Positions 9,087 through 18,754 of a DNA stretch of 32,836 nt are shown here, piece by piece. The notes below the pieces were generated by a model, which was given only the letters and a program-made list of their open reading frames with translations, had not been told where the DNA came from and made no database searches. Position numbers and translations under genes: made by a program. How positions within the stretch are numbered: position 1 is the stretch's first letter; the number at the start of each line of letters is the position of its first letter. The stretch lies in the NCBI GenBank assembly GCA_046861385.1, contig JBHHTW010000025.1, forward strand, positions 1 to 32,836, in the 5' to 3' direction. The DNA comes from Fidelibacterota bacterium. Its GTDB lineage: Bacteria; Fidelibacterota; Marinisomatia; Marinisomatales; TCS55.

Positions 9087-11443
9087 TCTCGATCATGATT
9101 CCGATAATATCCAAAACCGACCAAACTTAATGCAATAAGAAAAGATGTGAATGAAATTATTATACCTTTTTTAAATGATGATTTATCATATACAAATTTT
9201 ACCAGATGTTCCCCCGCCTGTATTTTCACACCCCTGATCAATTTATTGGTTTCAATAGTTTCAACAGATTGACCATCAATAGTGCATTTCCATCGTAAAG
9301 GGTAATAAATTTCACTAATAACCAAAAAACCATCCTCCTCGCAACTAACTTCCAATACCATCTCATGAATTGATCGATCAATACGATGGACGATCCCTTT
9401 AGAATATTTTCCCGATACGTCATTGTTCGTCGTATTTACGTAAGCAGTATTGGCTGGATCAAATGTGGCTTCATTAATCATACGCCAAAGTTGGTCATCT
9501 TTTTTGCTTTCGACAGTTTCAACAAACCATGCCCTGGGTAATTTATTTTTCATTTCATAAACGGTTGCCGATATTACTCCGCTTCCTGATCTCATTCTCC
9601 CCTGGAACACTTCCTCGACCGTCGGGAATGGTATAGGTTGAGAACTAATTAGGTAATGAACGTTTAACATTGTCATGAGTGGAAATGAGCCGATATTACG
9701 TGTCTTTTGTATAAATTCGTTTGTGATTTTTAATTTTGCAGGGTGATACCCTCCAACCGATTCCAATCCGAAAGCTCTGAAACGTGATTCGCCGAATAAT
9801 TTTCCTACAGGATAGATTCTAAAATCATTACCTTGTTTATTCAAATAATTAATGACCGGATCTGGTTTAAAATAACGATCAACCGATTTGGTTGAGATGG
9901 TTGAAGCGGACCTTCCCGATCGGGGAGACGGGTGAATTATACGCCAGTCCACGATGCCAATATCTAAGAGCGCCACTATGGTAAGTGTCGATAAAAAGAA
10001 GTTTTTGGTTATTTTTCGATTGATTCGCATCCACATAGCGCCAAGTCCAATACCAGTCCATAGCAATAGTAACCATGCATCCTTATTCCAAATTTCCAAA
10101 CGTAAATTATTGATAGCACGAACAAAATTTGGATCCTGAGTTCTTGGTGAAGTAAAACTTCTGAGAAGAGATGATTCTAAAATACTTGATCCCAATATGA
10201 GCATCAAAAGCCAAAGTCCCAGAATTCCTGATGCTATCCAAAACCAGCGAGGAACAACCTTTTCCTTCAATTCACCTAATGCACCCAACCCCATTGCAGC
10301 CAATACAGCCATGTTAAATTGAACCAATATCAAAATCATAGCGGGGACCCTGAATTTATTAAAATACGGAAATATGTTGAAAAACAGATCATAAATTAAA
10401 CTGAAATGTTTCCCGAATGAAATGAGCAAAGCTAATATGGAAGTCCCCAGCAAGAACCAAGATAGTTGAGTGCGTTTTGTAAATAATCCATAAGCAGCAA
10501 GTAGTATGATGATAATTCCCATATAATTTGGATAATCAGTAAATGGCATAAACCCCCAATAAGTTTGTCCGCCAAATCCAAAAGCAGAAGGTAGAAGAAA
10601 TGTTAATATTTCTTTTGGATGTAATGACCAACTTGTAGCATAATTATAATCTGCTCCTCCGCTGACATTTGCACCTCGAACTGAGAATGGGGTGTATTCC
10701 ATGGAAGGGAGGTAAATAAGCAAAGCAATACCAATTCCAATAATTACTGCCCCGGCAAAACTGCCAAATCCGATAACTGTTTTTCTCTGTTTTTCAGGGT
10801 TCTTTAAATTGATTATCGTGATATATAGAACATACGCACCTGCAAGCATCCATGTATAATAAGCAATTTGAGCATGAGCCCGCTGCAATTGAAGTCCAAA
10901 TAATAATGCCAATATTCCAACATTACAAAATGACGGTTTTTTCATGATTTTAATGGTCATCCACATAATCCATGGAATATAGGCTGCTGTCATCATTTGA
11001 CTCCCATGTCCAAAGACGATCATGGTTATCATAAAAGGAGTCATCATAAATACCGCTCCCCCAAGAAATGATGCAAATTGAGATAATTTGAGTGATCTGA
11101 GTAAAATAAATCCACCAAATCCCGCAAATAATAGGTGAAGCAGCTGAGCAAATAACCCTTTAATAAATAGAAGATTGATAATTATTGAGGGAAAATATAA
11201 TTGACTGAGAAAAGTAAATGCTTCAGCAGTGGGCATGCCTGAAAATATCCATGGCTGCCATAATGGAAATTCACCAGTATCTTCATATACTTTTGATAAA
11301 GCAAGGCTGGCTGATTTTGGATTCATTGTGTCTGGCGAACCAAATATCTGTCCCTGGAAAATAACGTGATAAAATAATAAACAGATGATACCTATCAAAA
11401 TCAAGGTAGATATTATCAGCGGATGTTTCCAATTCAGTTTCAT
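9083..11443 (-). CDS. YfhO-family polytopic membrane protein (putative GT-C glycosyltransferase)
   Basis: About 12 TMs; PLWQPWIFSGMP, FRVP, GGYHPAKL and the C-terminal LVISEIYYPLRWKCTIDG...GEH + TM pattern typical of YfhO. Confidence 0.85.
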   Translation of the reverse strand: MKLNWKHPLIISTLILIGIICLLFYHVIFQGQIFGSPDTMNPKSASLALSKVYEDTGEFPLWQPWIFSGMPTAEAFTFLSQLYFPSIIINLLFIKGLFAQLLHLLFAGFGGFILLRSLKLSQFASFLGGAVFMMTPFMITMIVFGHGSQMMTAAYIPWIMWMTIKIMKKPSFCNVGILALLFGLQLQRAHAQIAYYTWMLAGAYVLYITIINLKNPEKQRKTVIGFGSFAGAVIIGIGIALLIYLPSMEYTPFSVRGANVSGGADYNYATSWSLHPKEILTFLLPSAFGFGGQTYWGFMPFTDYPNYMGIIIILLAAYGLFTKRTQLSWFLLGTSILALLISFGKHFSLIYDLFFNIFPYFNKFRVPAMILILVQFNMAVLAAMGLGALGELKEKVVPRWFWIASGILGLWLLMLILGSSILESSLLRSFTSPRTQDPNFVRAINNLRLEIWNKDAWLLLLWTGIGLGAMWMRINRKITKNFFLSTLTIVALLDIGIVDWRIIHPSPRSGRSASTISTKSVDRYFKPDPVINYLNKQGNDFRIYPVGKLFGESRFRAFGLESVGGYHPAKLKITNEFIQKTRNIGSFPLMTMLNVHYLISSQPIPFPTVEEVFQGRMRSGSGVISATVYEMKNKLPRAWFVETVESKKDDQLWRMINEATFDPANTAYVNTTNNDVSGKYSKGIVHRIDRSIHEMVLEVSCEEDGFLVISEIYYPLRWKCTIDGQSVETIETNKLIRGVKIQAGEHLVKFVYDKSSFKKGIIISFTSFLIALSLVGFGYYRNHDRE

Positions 11444-12954
11444 GTATTTTTCCTTCTATTCGCAATCATAAGAATTCCAGACCAAATTTCCTGATCATCC
11501 CGGTCGAATTTCATTATCCAAAGACATAATGTGTATGATATGAACCCAACCATCACCACGATCAACAAAGTTAGAATCGTATGAAGAGGAAAGACAATTG
11601 ATTTTATGAAATATAAAATAACTGCCATCACACTTCCGGCAATAACCGGTTTTAACATTTTAATACTGAAGGGATGGATTTTAACAATCCACTTAACTTC
11701 AATAAAACGAAGAATTGCCAGAGCCGTCATCGATACCAACGTCGCATAAGCTGCGCCCATAATACCAAATTGAGGAATCCACATGTAATTCAGAACGACA
11801 TTGAGAGTTAACACGAGTATAGAATTAATCAAATTAACATGCGGGAAACCTGCCATGGTAAGTGTATTCCCACTACTTCCAACATACGATTGAATAAACG
11901 CTGCTAATGTCAAAATGGATAATGCATCTGCAGAACTCACATAATCTCCGCCAAATAGCAACATGACTTTTTTAGAATACAAAATCATAATTATAGCCAG
12001 CGGCAGTGACACACTTGTAATCCATCGAACCACTAATTTGTACAAACGACTCATTTCTTTATGATCACCTTTGCGGTGATATTCAGACATCATAGGACCA
12101 AAAATCCCCAAAAATGCCATCAGAACAGTGCGTAATAATCCAGCCGTTCGAGTTGCCGGATGGTACAAACCAACCGTGGTGGTATCCGTAAAATATCCAA
12201 GCATCATAATATCCATCCAATGCATAAGTGTCCCTAAAATAGTCACAAACATCAGAGGATAAGAAAAAAGGAGCAATTCTCGATCCACTTTTCCTTTGAA
12301 CAGTTTAGAAAATGGTAATCCAGTAAGTTTTATTAAGAAAAATAGGCCTCCAATTGTACCGATAATTGCTGATATTAGTAATGGATATTTTATAACAGAC
12401 GCTTTGGAAAAGAGACCGATAAACAATAACAAACACATCAGCATAACTGCCGGGCGAATTATATTCATGATGGTTATTTTATACTTCAGAAGTTTAAATC
12501 CCTGTGTAGCAAATGCAGCAATAGTCATAACGGTGGCAAAGGGAAGCGAAATAGCACTGATAATGATCACCGTACGAAGTAAATCAGACCCTTTAAATAA
12601 ATCGAAAGCAAGCCATTTTGATAATATAATCTGTAACACCATGATCATTAGACTAAACAGCAGTCCCATAGTCATTCCCGATTGCACTCTTTGTCTTACT
12701 TCTTTGAGTTCGCTATTTTTATCCAATCGACTTACAAACCGCATGACGCCGCTTTGTAAACCGGCCAAACTAAATACTTCTCCCAATTTTGTAACCGAAC
12801 TTGCTAAAGAAAATATACCTAGATATTCAACGCCAACCATCCGCGCCAAAATCGCTGTAAATAAATATCGAAGAACATCGCCAAATCCCATTCCAATAAA
12901 TGAAATGGTTGTTTCCTTAGCAATTTTTCTGGGATGATTCTTTTTTGGTAACAA
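11440..12954 (-). CDS. Wzx/MOP-superfamily oligosaccharide flippase
   Basis: About 14 TMs; LARMVGVEYLGIFS, DIMMLGYF..VGLY, IPQFGIMGAAYAT motifs. Confidence 0.9.
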   Translation of the reverse strand: MLPKKNHPRKIAKETTISFIGMGFGDVLRYLFTAILARMVGVEYLGIFSLASSVTKLGEVFSLAGLQSGVMRFVSRLDKNSELKEVRQRVQSGMTMGLLFSLMIMVLQIILSKWLAFDLFKGSDLLRTVIIISAISLPFATVMTIAAFATQGFKLLKYKITIMNIIRPAVMLMCLLLFIGLFSKASVIKYPLLISAIIGTIGGLFFLIKLTGLPFSKLFKGKVDRELLLFSYPLMFVTILGTLMHWMDIMMLGYFTDTTTVGLYHPATRTAGLLRTVLMAFLGIFGPMMSEYHRKGDHKEMSRLYKLVVRWITSVSLPLAIIMILYSKKVMLLFGGDYVSSADALSILTLAAFIQSYVGSSGNTLTMAGFPHVNLINSILVLTLNVVLNYMWIPQFGIMGAAYATLVSMTALAILRFIEVKWIVKIHPFSIKMLKPVIAGSVMAVILYFIKSIVFPLHTILTLLIVVMVGFISYTLCLWIMKFDRDDQEIWSGILMIANRRKNT

Positions 12955-12960
12955 GTTATG

Positions 12961-13806
12961 CTATTTAGAAATGTTTCGTGCAATTTTTAAAATTTGCAGG
13001 AATCGCTTTTCCACTAGATTATTTTTGAACAATCTGTAGATTTGAATTAGCCTACCAAAAAATAAGACAATTCCATAAGTCATGATAATGATATATGATA
13101 TACTATACATTGTTCCATTGATTGAAATACCGGTTAATAAATAATCTAATAATACTGTTATTGTTATAATATTCATAGAATCAGGATATCTGAAAAGTAT
13201 TTGGATAAAAGACCGCCTACCTATGCTTCCTGAACTACCCCAATTAATATATCCATCTAACTGGTTTACTCTTTGACTTAAATAAGTGAAATCATATTGT
13301 GGTTTTTCAGTTTCTGTAATCAATGATTCAACCACAGCAGATAAAGTGTGTTTTTCTAATCTTAATCCAAACAATGCTGCAATAAAACCTGCAATTAATG
13401 CTTCTGTGTGACCACTTCGCATCCAGACACCAAAACCTAAGGCAAACATATACCCGGGAATAACTATCAAATGCCCTACTAAATCAAGAAAAACTCCATT
13501 AATTGACTGTTGATTTTTCCAACGAGCAACCTCACCGTCGCTGCAATCAAGTATATAGCCAAGTTGAAGTAAAAATACACCAATAATTGGATAGAATGGA
13601 TCAGCAAACCCTATTAAAATACAACCACTAACTCCAATTATTTCCTGCATTAAAGTTACATGGTTTGCAGAAATCGGGGTGCGGACAAAAATCCATGTAA
13701 ATAACACAGATAGATGACGAATTATATATCGTGCATATGGTTCAGGTTCATATGGTTTGAGAACTACTTTTTTAATGTTGGTTAATGTGGGTTTCAATTC
13801 ATGCAT
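12961..13806 (-). CDS. CDP-alcohol phosphotransferase family protein (D4-to-H variant)
   Basis: ISANHVT and LDCSDGEVARWKNQQSINGVFLDLVGH; multiple TMs. Confidence 0.85.
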   Translation of the reverse strand: MHELKPTLTNIKKVVLKPYEPEPYARYIIRHLSVLFTWIFVRTPISANHVTLMQEIIGVSGCILIGFADPFYPIIGVFLLQLGYILDCSDGEVARWKNQQSINGVFLDLVGHLIVIPGYMFALGFGVWMRSGHTEALIAGFIAALFGLRLEKHTLSAVVESLITETEKPQYDFTYLSQRVNQLDGYINWGSSGSIGRRSFIQILFRYPDSMNIITITVLLDYLLTGISINGTMYSISYIIIMTYGIVLFFGRLIQIYRLFKNNLVEKRFLQILKIARNISK

Positions 13807-14800
13807 CGATTTTATAATCCCATTTTCTCAATGTCTGTCCGATTTCATCTTCAATTTGCTTTAATATATTTTTGGTAAACAATGTCGAGACATCTTTAGG
13901 TGCATTAAGTAAATAATTATATTTAGTATTAAGATTGTATTTTAAATCAAACTTTTTATACAACTTTTGCAGCTCCTTTTGAGGATTATTTATAAAATCA
14001 ATATATCGAATATACCCATAATCTTTTTCCTCTAATAATTCAAACTGATTTTCTAGGTCAGTTAATAATCCCGACCATTGCCTTGCACAGCTTAAATGTG
14101 GCTTCATATTCTTAATTTCATTAAAGATTGATGGTTTAGTATTCCACCATTTTTCTTTATCACCCAATATTTCTTTTCTAGCTCTCAACAATGATTTTGT
14201 TACATACCTCCCATCACGTATTATGCCAATGAATCTGGATTTTGGGAATAATTCCTTCAATTCTAATACTTTTGTAGTATTATGAGTTGATTTATTAATT
14301 AATAAATTTGTTTTGTAAAATAAACATTGCTTTTTGAGCACATTATTTAAAAAACTTGAAACATTTGGAGTAATTATATTATCAATAGAATAATCAGTTC
14401 TGTCATAAATATGTCTGAATTGTTTTATGTCTTTTTCCTGTAAACTATCAATATACCATGGCCAAAGCCTATTTCCCTCTGCCATTGATTTTAAACCAAC
14501 CATTTGACCGTATTTATTCATTGACATAATATTATTTTTTACGAAAGAGTCGTTGAGAATCGTATTTAATAAAAGAACGGCATCAGGATATAAATCTGTA
14601 ATTCTTGAAATATACGTTTTAGGTTGATCTAAATAATGTATAAACCATTGAGCAATAATAGTAGTTCCTGATCGTGGTGGACCAATAAGGAATATAGGTT
14701 CAATATCAATTTTATTAAGATTAACAAACGGCTCAATAAATACCTTTTCTAAAGAACCCAAGAATAAATTAACCAGTCTTCTTTGAGTATGTGACAGCAT
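13799..14800 (-). CDS. PAPS-dependent sulfotransferase
   Basis: 5'-PSB motif IFLIGPPRSGTT; 3'-PB motif IIRDGRYVTKS; IRYIDFINNP. Confidence 0.88.
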   Translation of the reverse strand: MLSHTQRRLVNLFLGSLEKVFIEPFVNLNKIDIEPIFLIGPPRSGTTIIAQWFIHYLDQPKTYISRITDLYPDAVLLLNTILNDSFVKNNIMSMNKYGQMVGLKSMAEGNRLWPWYIDSLQEKDIKQFRHIYDRTDYSIDNIITPNVSSFLNNVLKKQCLFYKTNLLINKSTHNTTKVLELKELFPKSRFIGIIRDGRYVTKSLLRARKEILGDKEKWWNTKPSIFNEIKNMKPHLSCARQWSGLLTDLENQFELLEEKDYGYIRYIDFINNPQKELQKLYKKFDLKYNLNTKYNYLLNAPKDVSTLFTKNILKQIEDEIGQTLRKWDYKIDA

Positions 14801-14814
14801 TTAATAATTATTAA

Positions 14815-15330
14815 TTAGTTTAAAAACTTAAGGTGAAACCAACAAGTATATACCAAATTTAGTAACAAAAGAAATGTCGTGAAATCAAAGTTCAGGGAAT
14901 GATTAATGTGGTGAGAGGGTAAATTATGATTATCTCTAGCGTTCTTCAAAAAAGAATTATCATCAACGTGAGTTTTTTCTGACCAAATACTCATATTTCT
15001 ATTAATTGTAATAGTATCAAGTATAGAAATGAAATATTTTGCCCATGCAGTTACATCTTTCCCTGGAATTTTTGGTAAGTTGGGCATTTGGTTAAGTATT
15101 CGATTTTTTACTTCTTCATTAACGGAGTTTTCTTTTAAAAAAGATAAAACTAATTTTTTTGCGTTTCTACTTACATAATATAACGGTCCAATTTTTGGTC
15201 GTTTGATTCCATAGTCGTAAAAATGACTTTCAGTGAACGAAGTTATTTCAGGGTGTGTATTTAATAATCCTTGTAGTAACGTTGTACCAGATCGTGGACA
15301 GCCTACCACGAAAATTCTATTGTTTATCAT
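14815..15330 (-). pseudogene. Truncated sulfotransferase (N-terminal part only)
   Basis: IFVVGCPRSGTTLL..HPEI..ESHF..WSEKT, then sulfotransferase-like sequence ends near 14970. No 3'-PB motif; 171 aa versus about 270-330 aa for the intact neighbours. Confidence 0.75.
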
Positions 15331-15392
15331 GAGTATTTAGTAGTCGATAAGACTATATTCATATTGATTACATTTTTTCTCAAATTTATCAA

Positions 15393-15599
15393 TTATCTTT
15401 TCTGCCAATCTCTTTGTCTAAAAATTTCTACAACTTTGCTTGCTACGGCATTGGTACCTATACCTATTTCCAATATATTTTCGTAATTATTATCTTTGGA
15501 TAAAAGCGATAGAAAAGTATCCAGTAAACGATCATCTTTCACCCGGTCTATTTTACTATATTTTTCAGCTCTTTCTTTCCTATCATCATTATTATTCAT
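15393..15599 (-). pseudogene. Class I SAM-dependent methyltransferase N-terminal remnant
   Basis: 68 aa with ERAEKY...ILEIGIGT (motif I-like); stops shortly after the motif. Confidence 0.6.
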
Positions 15600-15685
15600 C
15601 TCTGTTTGTTTCCATAATTCGTTTAGTAATTAGTTTTCATTCATTTTAGATTTTTTCAACTGCGTTTGTATATTATAATTAATAT

Positions 15686-15713
15686 TTGCATGCTAAATTT
15701 GAATTCTTACACT
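15686..15713 (+). promoter_or_regulatory. Possible sigma70 promoter for the plus-strand sulfotransferase
   Basis: TTGCAT-N16-TACACT, 43 nt upstream of the ATG at 15757. AT-rich context, so a chance match is possible. Confidence 0.3.
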
Positions 15714-15756
15714 TATTATCTACCTAAAGTTATTAATCAACCAAGCATACATCTAG

Positions 15757-16575
15757 ATGAATGATATAATTATTTTTCTCCACCTGCCTCGCACAGGAGG
15801 AACTACTTTAAGGGATATACTCTCAAAACAGTATTCTGAAGCTGTGACATTTGAAAATAAAACTTTATTAGATATCGACCATAATTTTATCGCAAACAAC
15901 AAATTTGATAAAGCGGACTTAAAATTGATAAAAGGTCATGTCTATTTTGGTATCCATGAATACATTCCTCAAAAATGTGCTTATTTCTCAATGATGAGAG
16001 ATCCCATAGAGCGTGTCATCTCTGTATATAATTATGTTAAGAATCGTCCAAACCATAGGGATCATATTTTTATTCGAAATATGAGTATTGAAGATTATGT
16101 TCAAAGTGGAAGAAATCTATTTTTGGATAATGGTCAAACTAGATTGCTTGCAGGTCGATCTACTTCTCTGGAGGTTCCATTTAGAGGAATGAATGAAGAA
16201 CACTTAGAGCAAGCAAAAGAGAGTATTAAAAACCATTTTATTTTAGTTGGTTTAAATGAGAAGTATGATGAAACGTTATTAATGCTGCAAAAACTATTAA
16301 ACTGGAAAACACCTACGTACTCAATTGCCAATGCCGTAAAAAGAGGGAAATCAACGAAAGTACTTTCACCGCAAGTACGTAAATTGATTGCAAAATATAA
16401 TCAGTTGGATTTACAGCTTTATCAACATGTATCCGAATTATTTGACGATCATGTATCGCACTATTCAAATATGACTGAAGAAATAAAAAAATTTAAATTA
16501 AAAAACAGAATAGCTAGCAAATTTCAGATTGGTTCTCGCTTAAGACGAAAAATAAATAAATGGATAAGGAATTAG
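15757..16575 (+). CDS. Sulfotransferase family 2 / Gal-3-O-sulfotransferase-like protein
   Basis: FLHLPRTGGTT, GHVYFG, MRDPIERVISVY, NGQTRLL, VGLNEKYDE and NQLDLQLY motifs. Confidence 0.88.
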   Translation: MNDIIIFLHLPRTGGTTLRDILSKQYSEAVTFENKTLLDIDHNFIANNKFDKADLKLIKGHVYFGIHEYIPQKCAYFSMMRDPIERVISVYNYVKNRPNHRDHIFIRNMSIEDYVQSGRNLFLDNGQTRLLAGRSTSLEVPFRGMNEEHLEQAKESIKNHFILVGLNEKYDETLLMLQKLLNWKTPTYSIANAVKRGKSTKVLSPQVRKLIAKYNQLDLQLYQHVSELFDDHVSHYSNMTEEIKKFKLKNRIASKFQIGSRLRRKINKWIRN

Positions 16576-16931
16576 ATCATTAATAAATCAGTATACTATT
16601 TGCAACACCAATATTCGAATTATTAAAATCGTAAACAATTTATATTGACCAAAAAGATTACTCAATTCCATGAATCATCTAATAATTTATATTCATTCAT
16701 GACTGTTTTAAATCAGGGACGTTGTTTGACCATTCTCCGTCTTAAGGAGACCAGGTGGCAGAGTTTAATCATGGGTTTTGATGGTTGAGGTGAAGGCATC
16801 AGTTCTGTTCTACACAAGTAAGCATATCGATCAATTGATTTGTCATTAATAATTAAATACACAAAAAGGACCTAAAGGCCTACAGGCAGGCACTAAATAT
16901 TTGAATTCAAGAATACATATTTAGGTAAAAT

Positions 16932-17921
16932 ATGAAAATTAATCACCCTATTCTCATCACTGGGTCCCACAGATCCGGCACTACCTGGGTCGGTAATGTT
17001 TTAAAACAAACATCAAATACTTTATATTTACACGAACCCCTGACACCAAACAGTATAACGCGTTCATTTTATGCTCCAAAATTATGGTACCAATATTTTA
17101 ATCCGAACCAAAACTACCCCCGCGCGAAGGAGGATCTCGATGAACTTTTTCATGGAAATTATCCTTTATCAGCTGTATTTCACTTTAAGAACAAGTTGCC
17201 GCATACTGATTTTCGTAATCCAGGCGGTATTAACGATGATAAAATCAATTTTAAATATGCAAAATGGCGAGGAATTGCATTTTATGATTCAATAAAGCTG
17301 AAATTAAAAAATGGTGCGGAAAATAAAATAATTCCCCTGATTAAAGATCCGATTGCATTAACTGCTGCAGAGTGGCTTCATAAAACCTGGAATACAAAAA
17401 ATATTTTATTGATCCGACATCCTGCTGCATTTGTCAGCAGTTTAAAACGGCTCGATTGGCGTTTTAATTTTATGAACTTTAGTCAGCAACCAGATTTGAT
17501 GAGCCGATTTTTTGAGCCATATCGTTCACAAATAGAAAATCCACCAAAGGATCCCATCGCTGAAGCTGCATTGGTTTGGACTTGTTTAACGGCAATAATC
17601 GTGAAATATCAACAGTTATACCCAAACTGGATTTATATCCGCCATGAGGATTTATCAAATGAACCTATCCATCAATTTCAATTACTGTTTAAAAAATTAA
17701 AATTCACGTATTCTGATAAGATAGAGAATTATATAAATAAAACAACCAATATTAAGAATCCTAGCGAAGTGACACACGATAGTAAGGTGCACCAGTTAAA
17801 TCGTGACAGTCGTGCCAATATTTTTAATTGGAAAAAAAGATTAACTGCTCAGGAAATTGAGGTTATCCGGTCTATAACTAAGGACGTATCAGAGTTCTTC
17901 TATTCTGATGACGAATGGTAA
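16932..17921 (+). CDS. PAPS-dependent sulfotransferase
   Basis: ILITGSHRSGTTW, YLHEP, LIKDP, IRHPAAFVSS, IRHEDL and WKKRLT motifs. Confidence 0.88.
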   Translation: MKINHPILITGSHRSGTTWVGNVLKQTSNTLYLHEPLTPNSITRSFYAPKLWYQYFNPNQNYPRAKEDLDELFHGNYPLSAVFHFKNKLPHTDFRNPGGINDDKINFKYAKWRGIAFYDSIKLKLKNGAENKIIPLIKDPIALTAAEWLHKTWNTKNILLIRHPAAFVSSLKRLDWRFNFMNFSQQPDLMSRFFEPYRSQIENPPKDPIAEAALVWTCLTAIIVKYQQLYPNWIYIRHEDLSNEPIHQFQLLFKKLKFTYSDKIENYINKTTNIKNPSEVTHDSKVHQLNRDSRANIFNWKKRLTAQEIEVIRSITKDVSEFFYSDDEW

Positions 17922-18754
17922 AACAAACTGATCAAAACATATATCATTATGCCGTATATAAGAAGAAACGGGAATGAAATTACCTGTGTCACCCATTGAT
18001 AAGGTCTTGCATGTCGACGCATCAACTTAATATTAGCGCGAAACTTTTTCTTCAATTTTCTAAAAGAATAAGCACCGCCAATTGATGCAGATACTTTATG
18101 ATAAATAATAGAATCCGGCGCAAAATATACATCCAAACCTTCTTGTTTCTTCAACCGGATTGATAAATCAGTATCTTCACTATACATACCGAATGATTCG
18201 TCAAATCCACCTAATTTTTCAAAGATACTGGTTTTCATGCAAAAACAACACCCGGTTGCATAATCCGTTATTTTTCCATTATTATATTTAATACCATCTA
18301 ATTCTCGAATTCCTTCATGATATATATGTCCAGTCCAAAAATTAATCTTACCACCGGCATACCAAATTTTATCTTGCTGCTCCGCAAAGAATATCTTCGG
18401 TACAGTTTGTCCAACTTGAGAATTTTCAAATGGGATTAAAAGTGAGTCAATGAAATTTGATTTAACAATTGTATCATTATTTATAAAAATCACATATTCA
18501 GCATTATTCTTTTTTGCGTAATCAAATCCCTCATTATTTCCTCCGGCAAAGCCATAATTTTTGTCTAAAACAACCATTTCTACACCAGAGAATTTGGTTT
18601 TAACATAGTCAACTGATCCATCCGATGATGCATTATCAACCAGCAGTACTTTGTAATTATTATAATCCAATTTCATTAGAGAATTCAAACAGTCATCTAA
18701 TAATTTCTTACCATTCCAATTCAAAACAATAACATAGACCAATGAAGAATTCAT
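17900..18754 (-). CDS. Glycosyltransferase family 2 (WbbL/rhamnosyltransferase-like)
   Basis: VIVLNWNG, VDNASSDGS, NYGFAGGNN, INNDT, GGFDESFGMYSEDTDL. Confidence 0.92.
   Translation of the reverse strand: MNSSLVYVIVLNWNGKKLLDDCLNSLMKLDYNNYKVLLVDNASSDGSVDYVKTKFSGVEMVVLDKNYGFAGGNNEGFDYAKKNNAEYVIFINNDTIVKSNFIDSLLIPFENSQVGQTVPKIFFAEQQDKIWYAGGKINFWTGHIYHEGIRELDGIKYNNGKITDYATGCCFCMKTSIFEKLGGFDESFGMYSEDTDLSIRLKKQEGLDVYFAPDSIIYHKVSASIGGAYSFRKLKKKFRANIKLMRRHARPYQWVTQVISFPFLLIYGIMIYVLISLFYHSSSE

Noticed and set aside
12296-12937. 213 aa plus-strand ORF
   Set aside because: Entirely antisense to the flippase with no motif; a typical shadow ORF of a hydrophobic gene.
16740-16800. Superficial likeness to SAM-I or glycine riboswitch words (CTTA..GAG..GGTGG; GGAGA..GAAGG)
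   Set aside because: The other required elements (e.g. GCAACC/GGTGC, CTCAGG) and pairings are absent.
16699-16821. Small plus ORF MTVLNQ...GFDG with in-frame TGA and a short continuation (possible recoding)
   Set aside because: Only 29 aa, no clear RBS or SECIS-like hairpin, and TGA acts as a normal stop elsewhere in the window.
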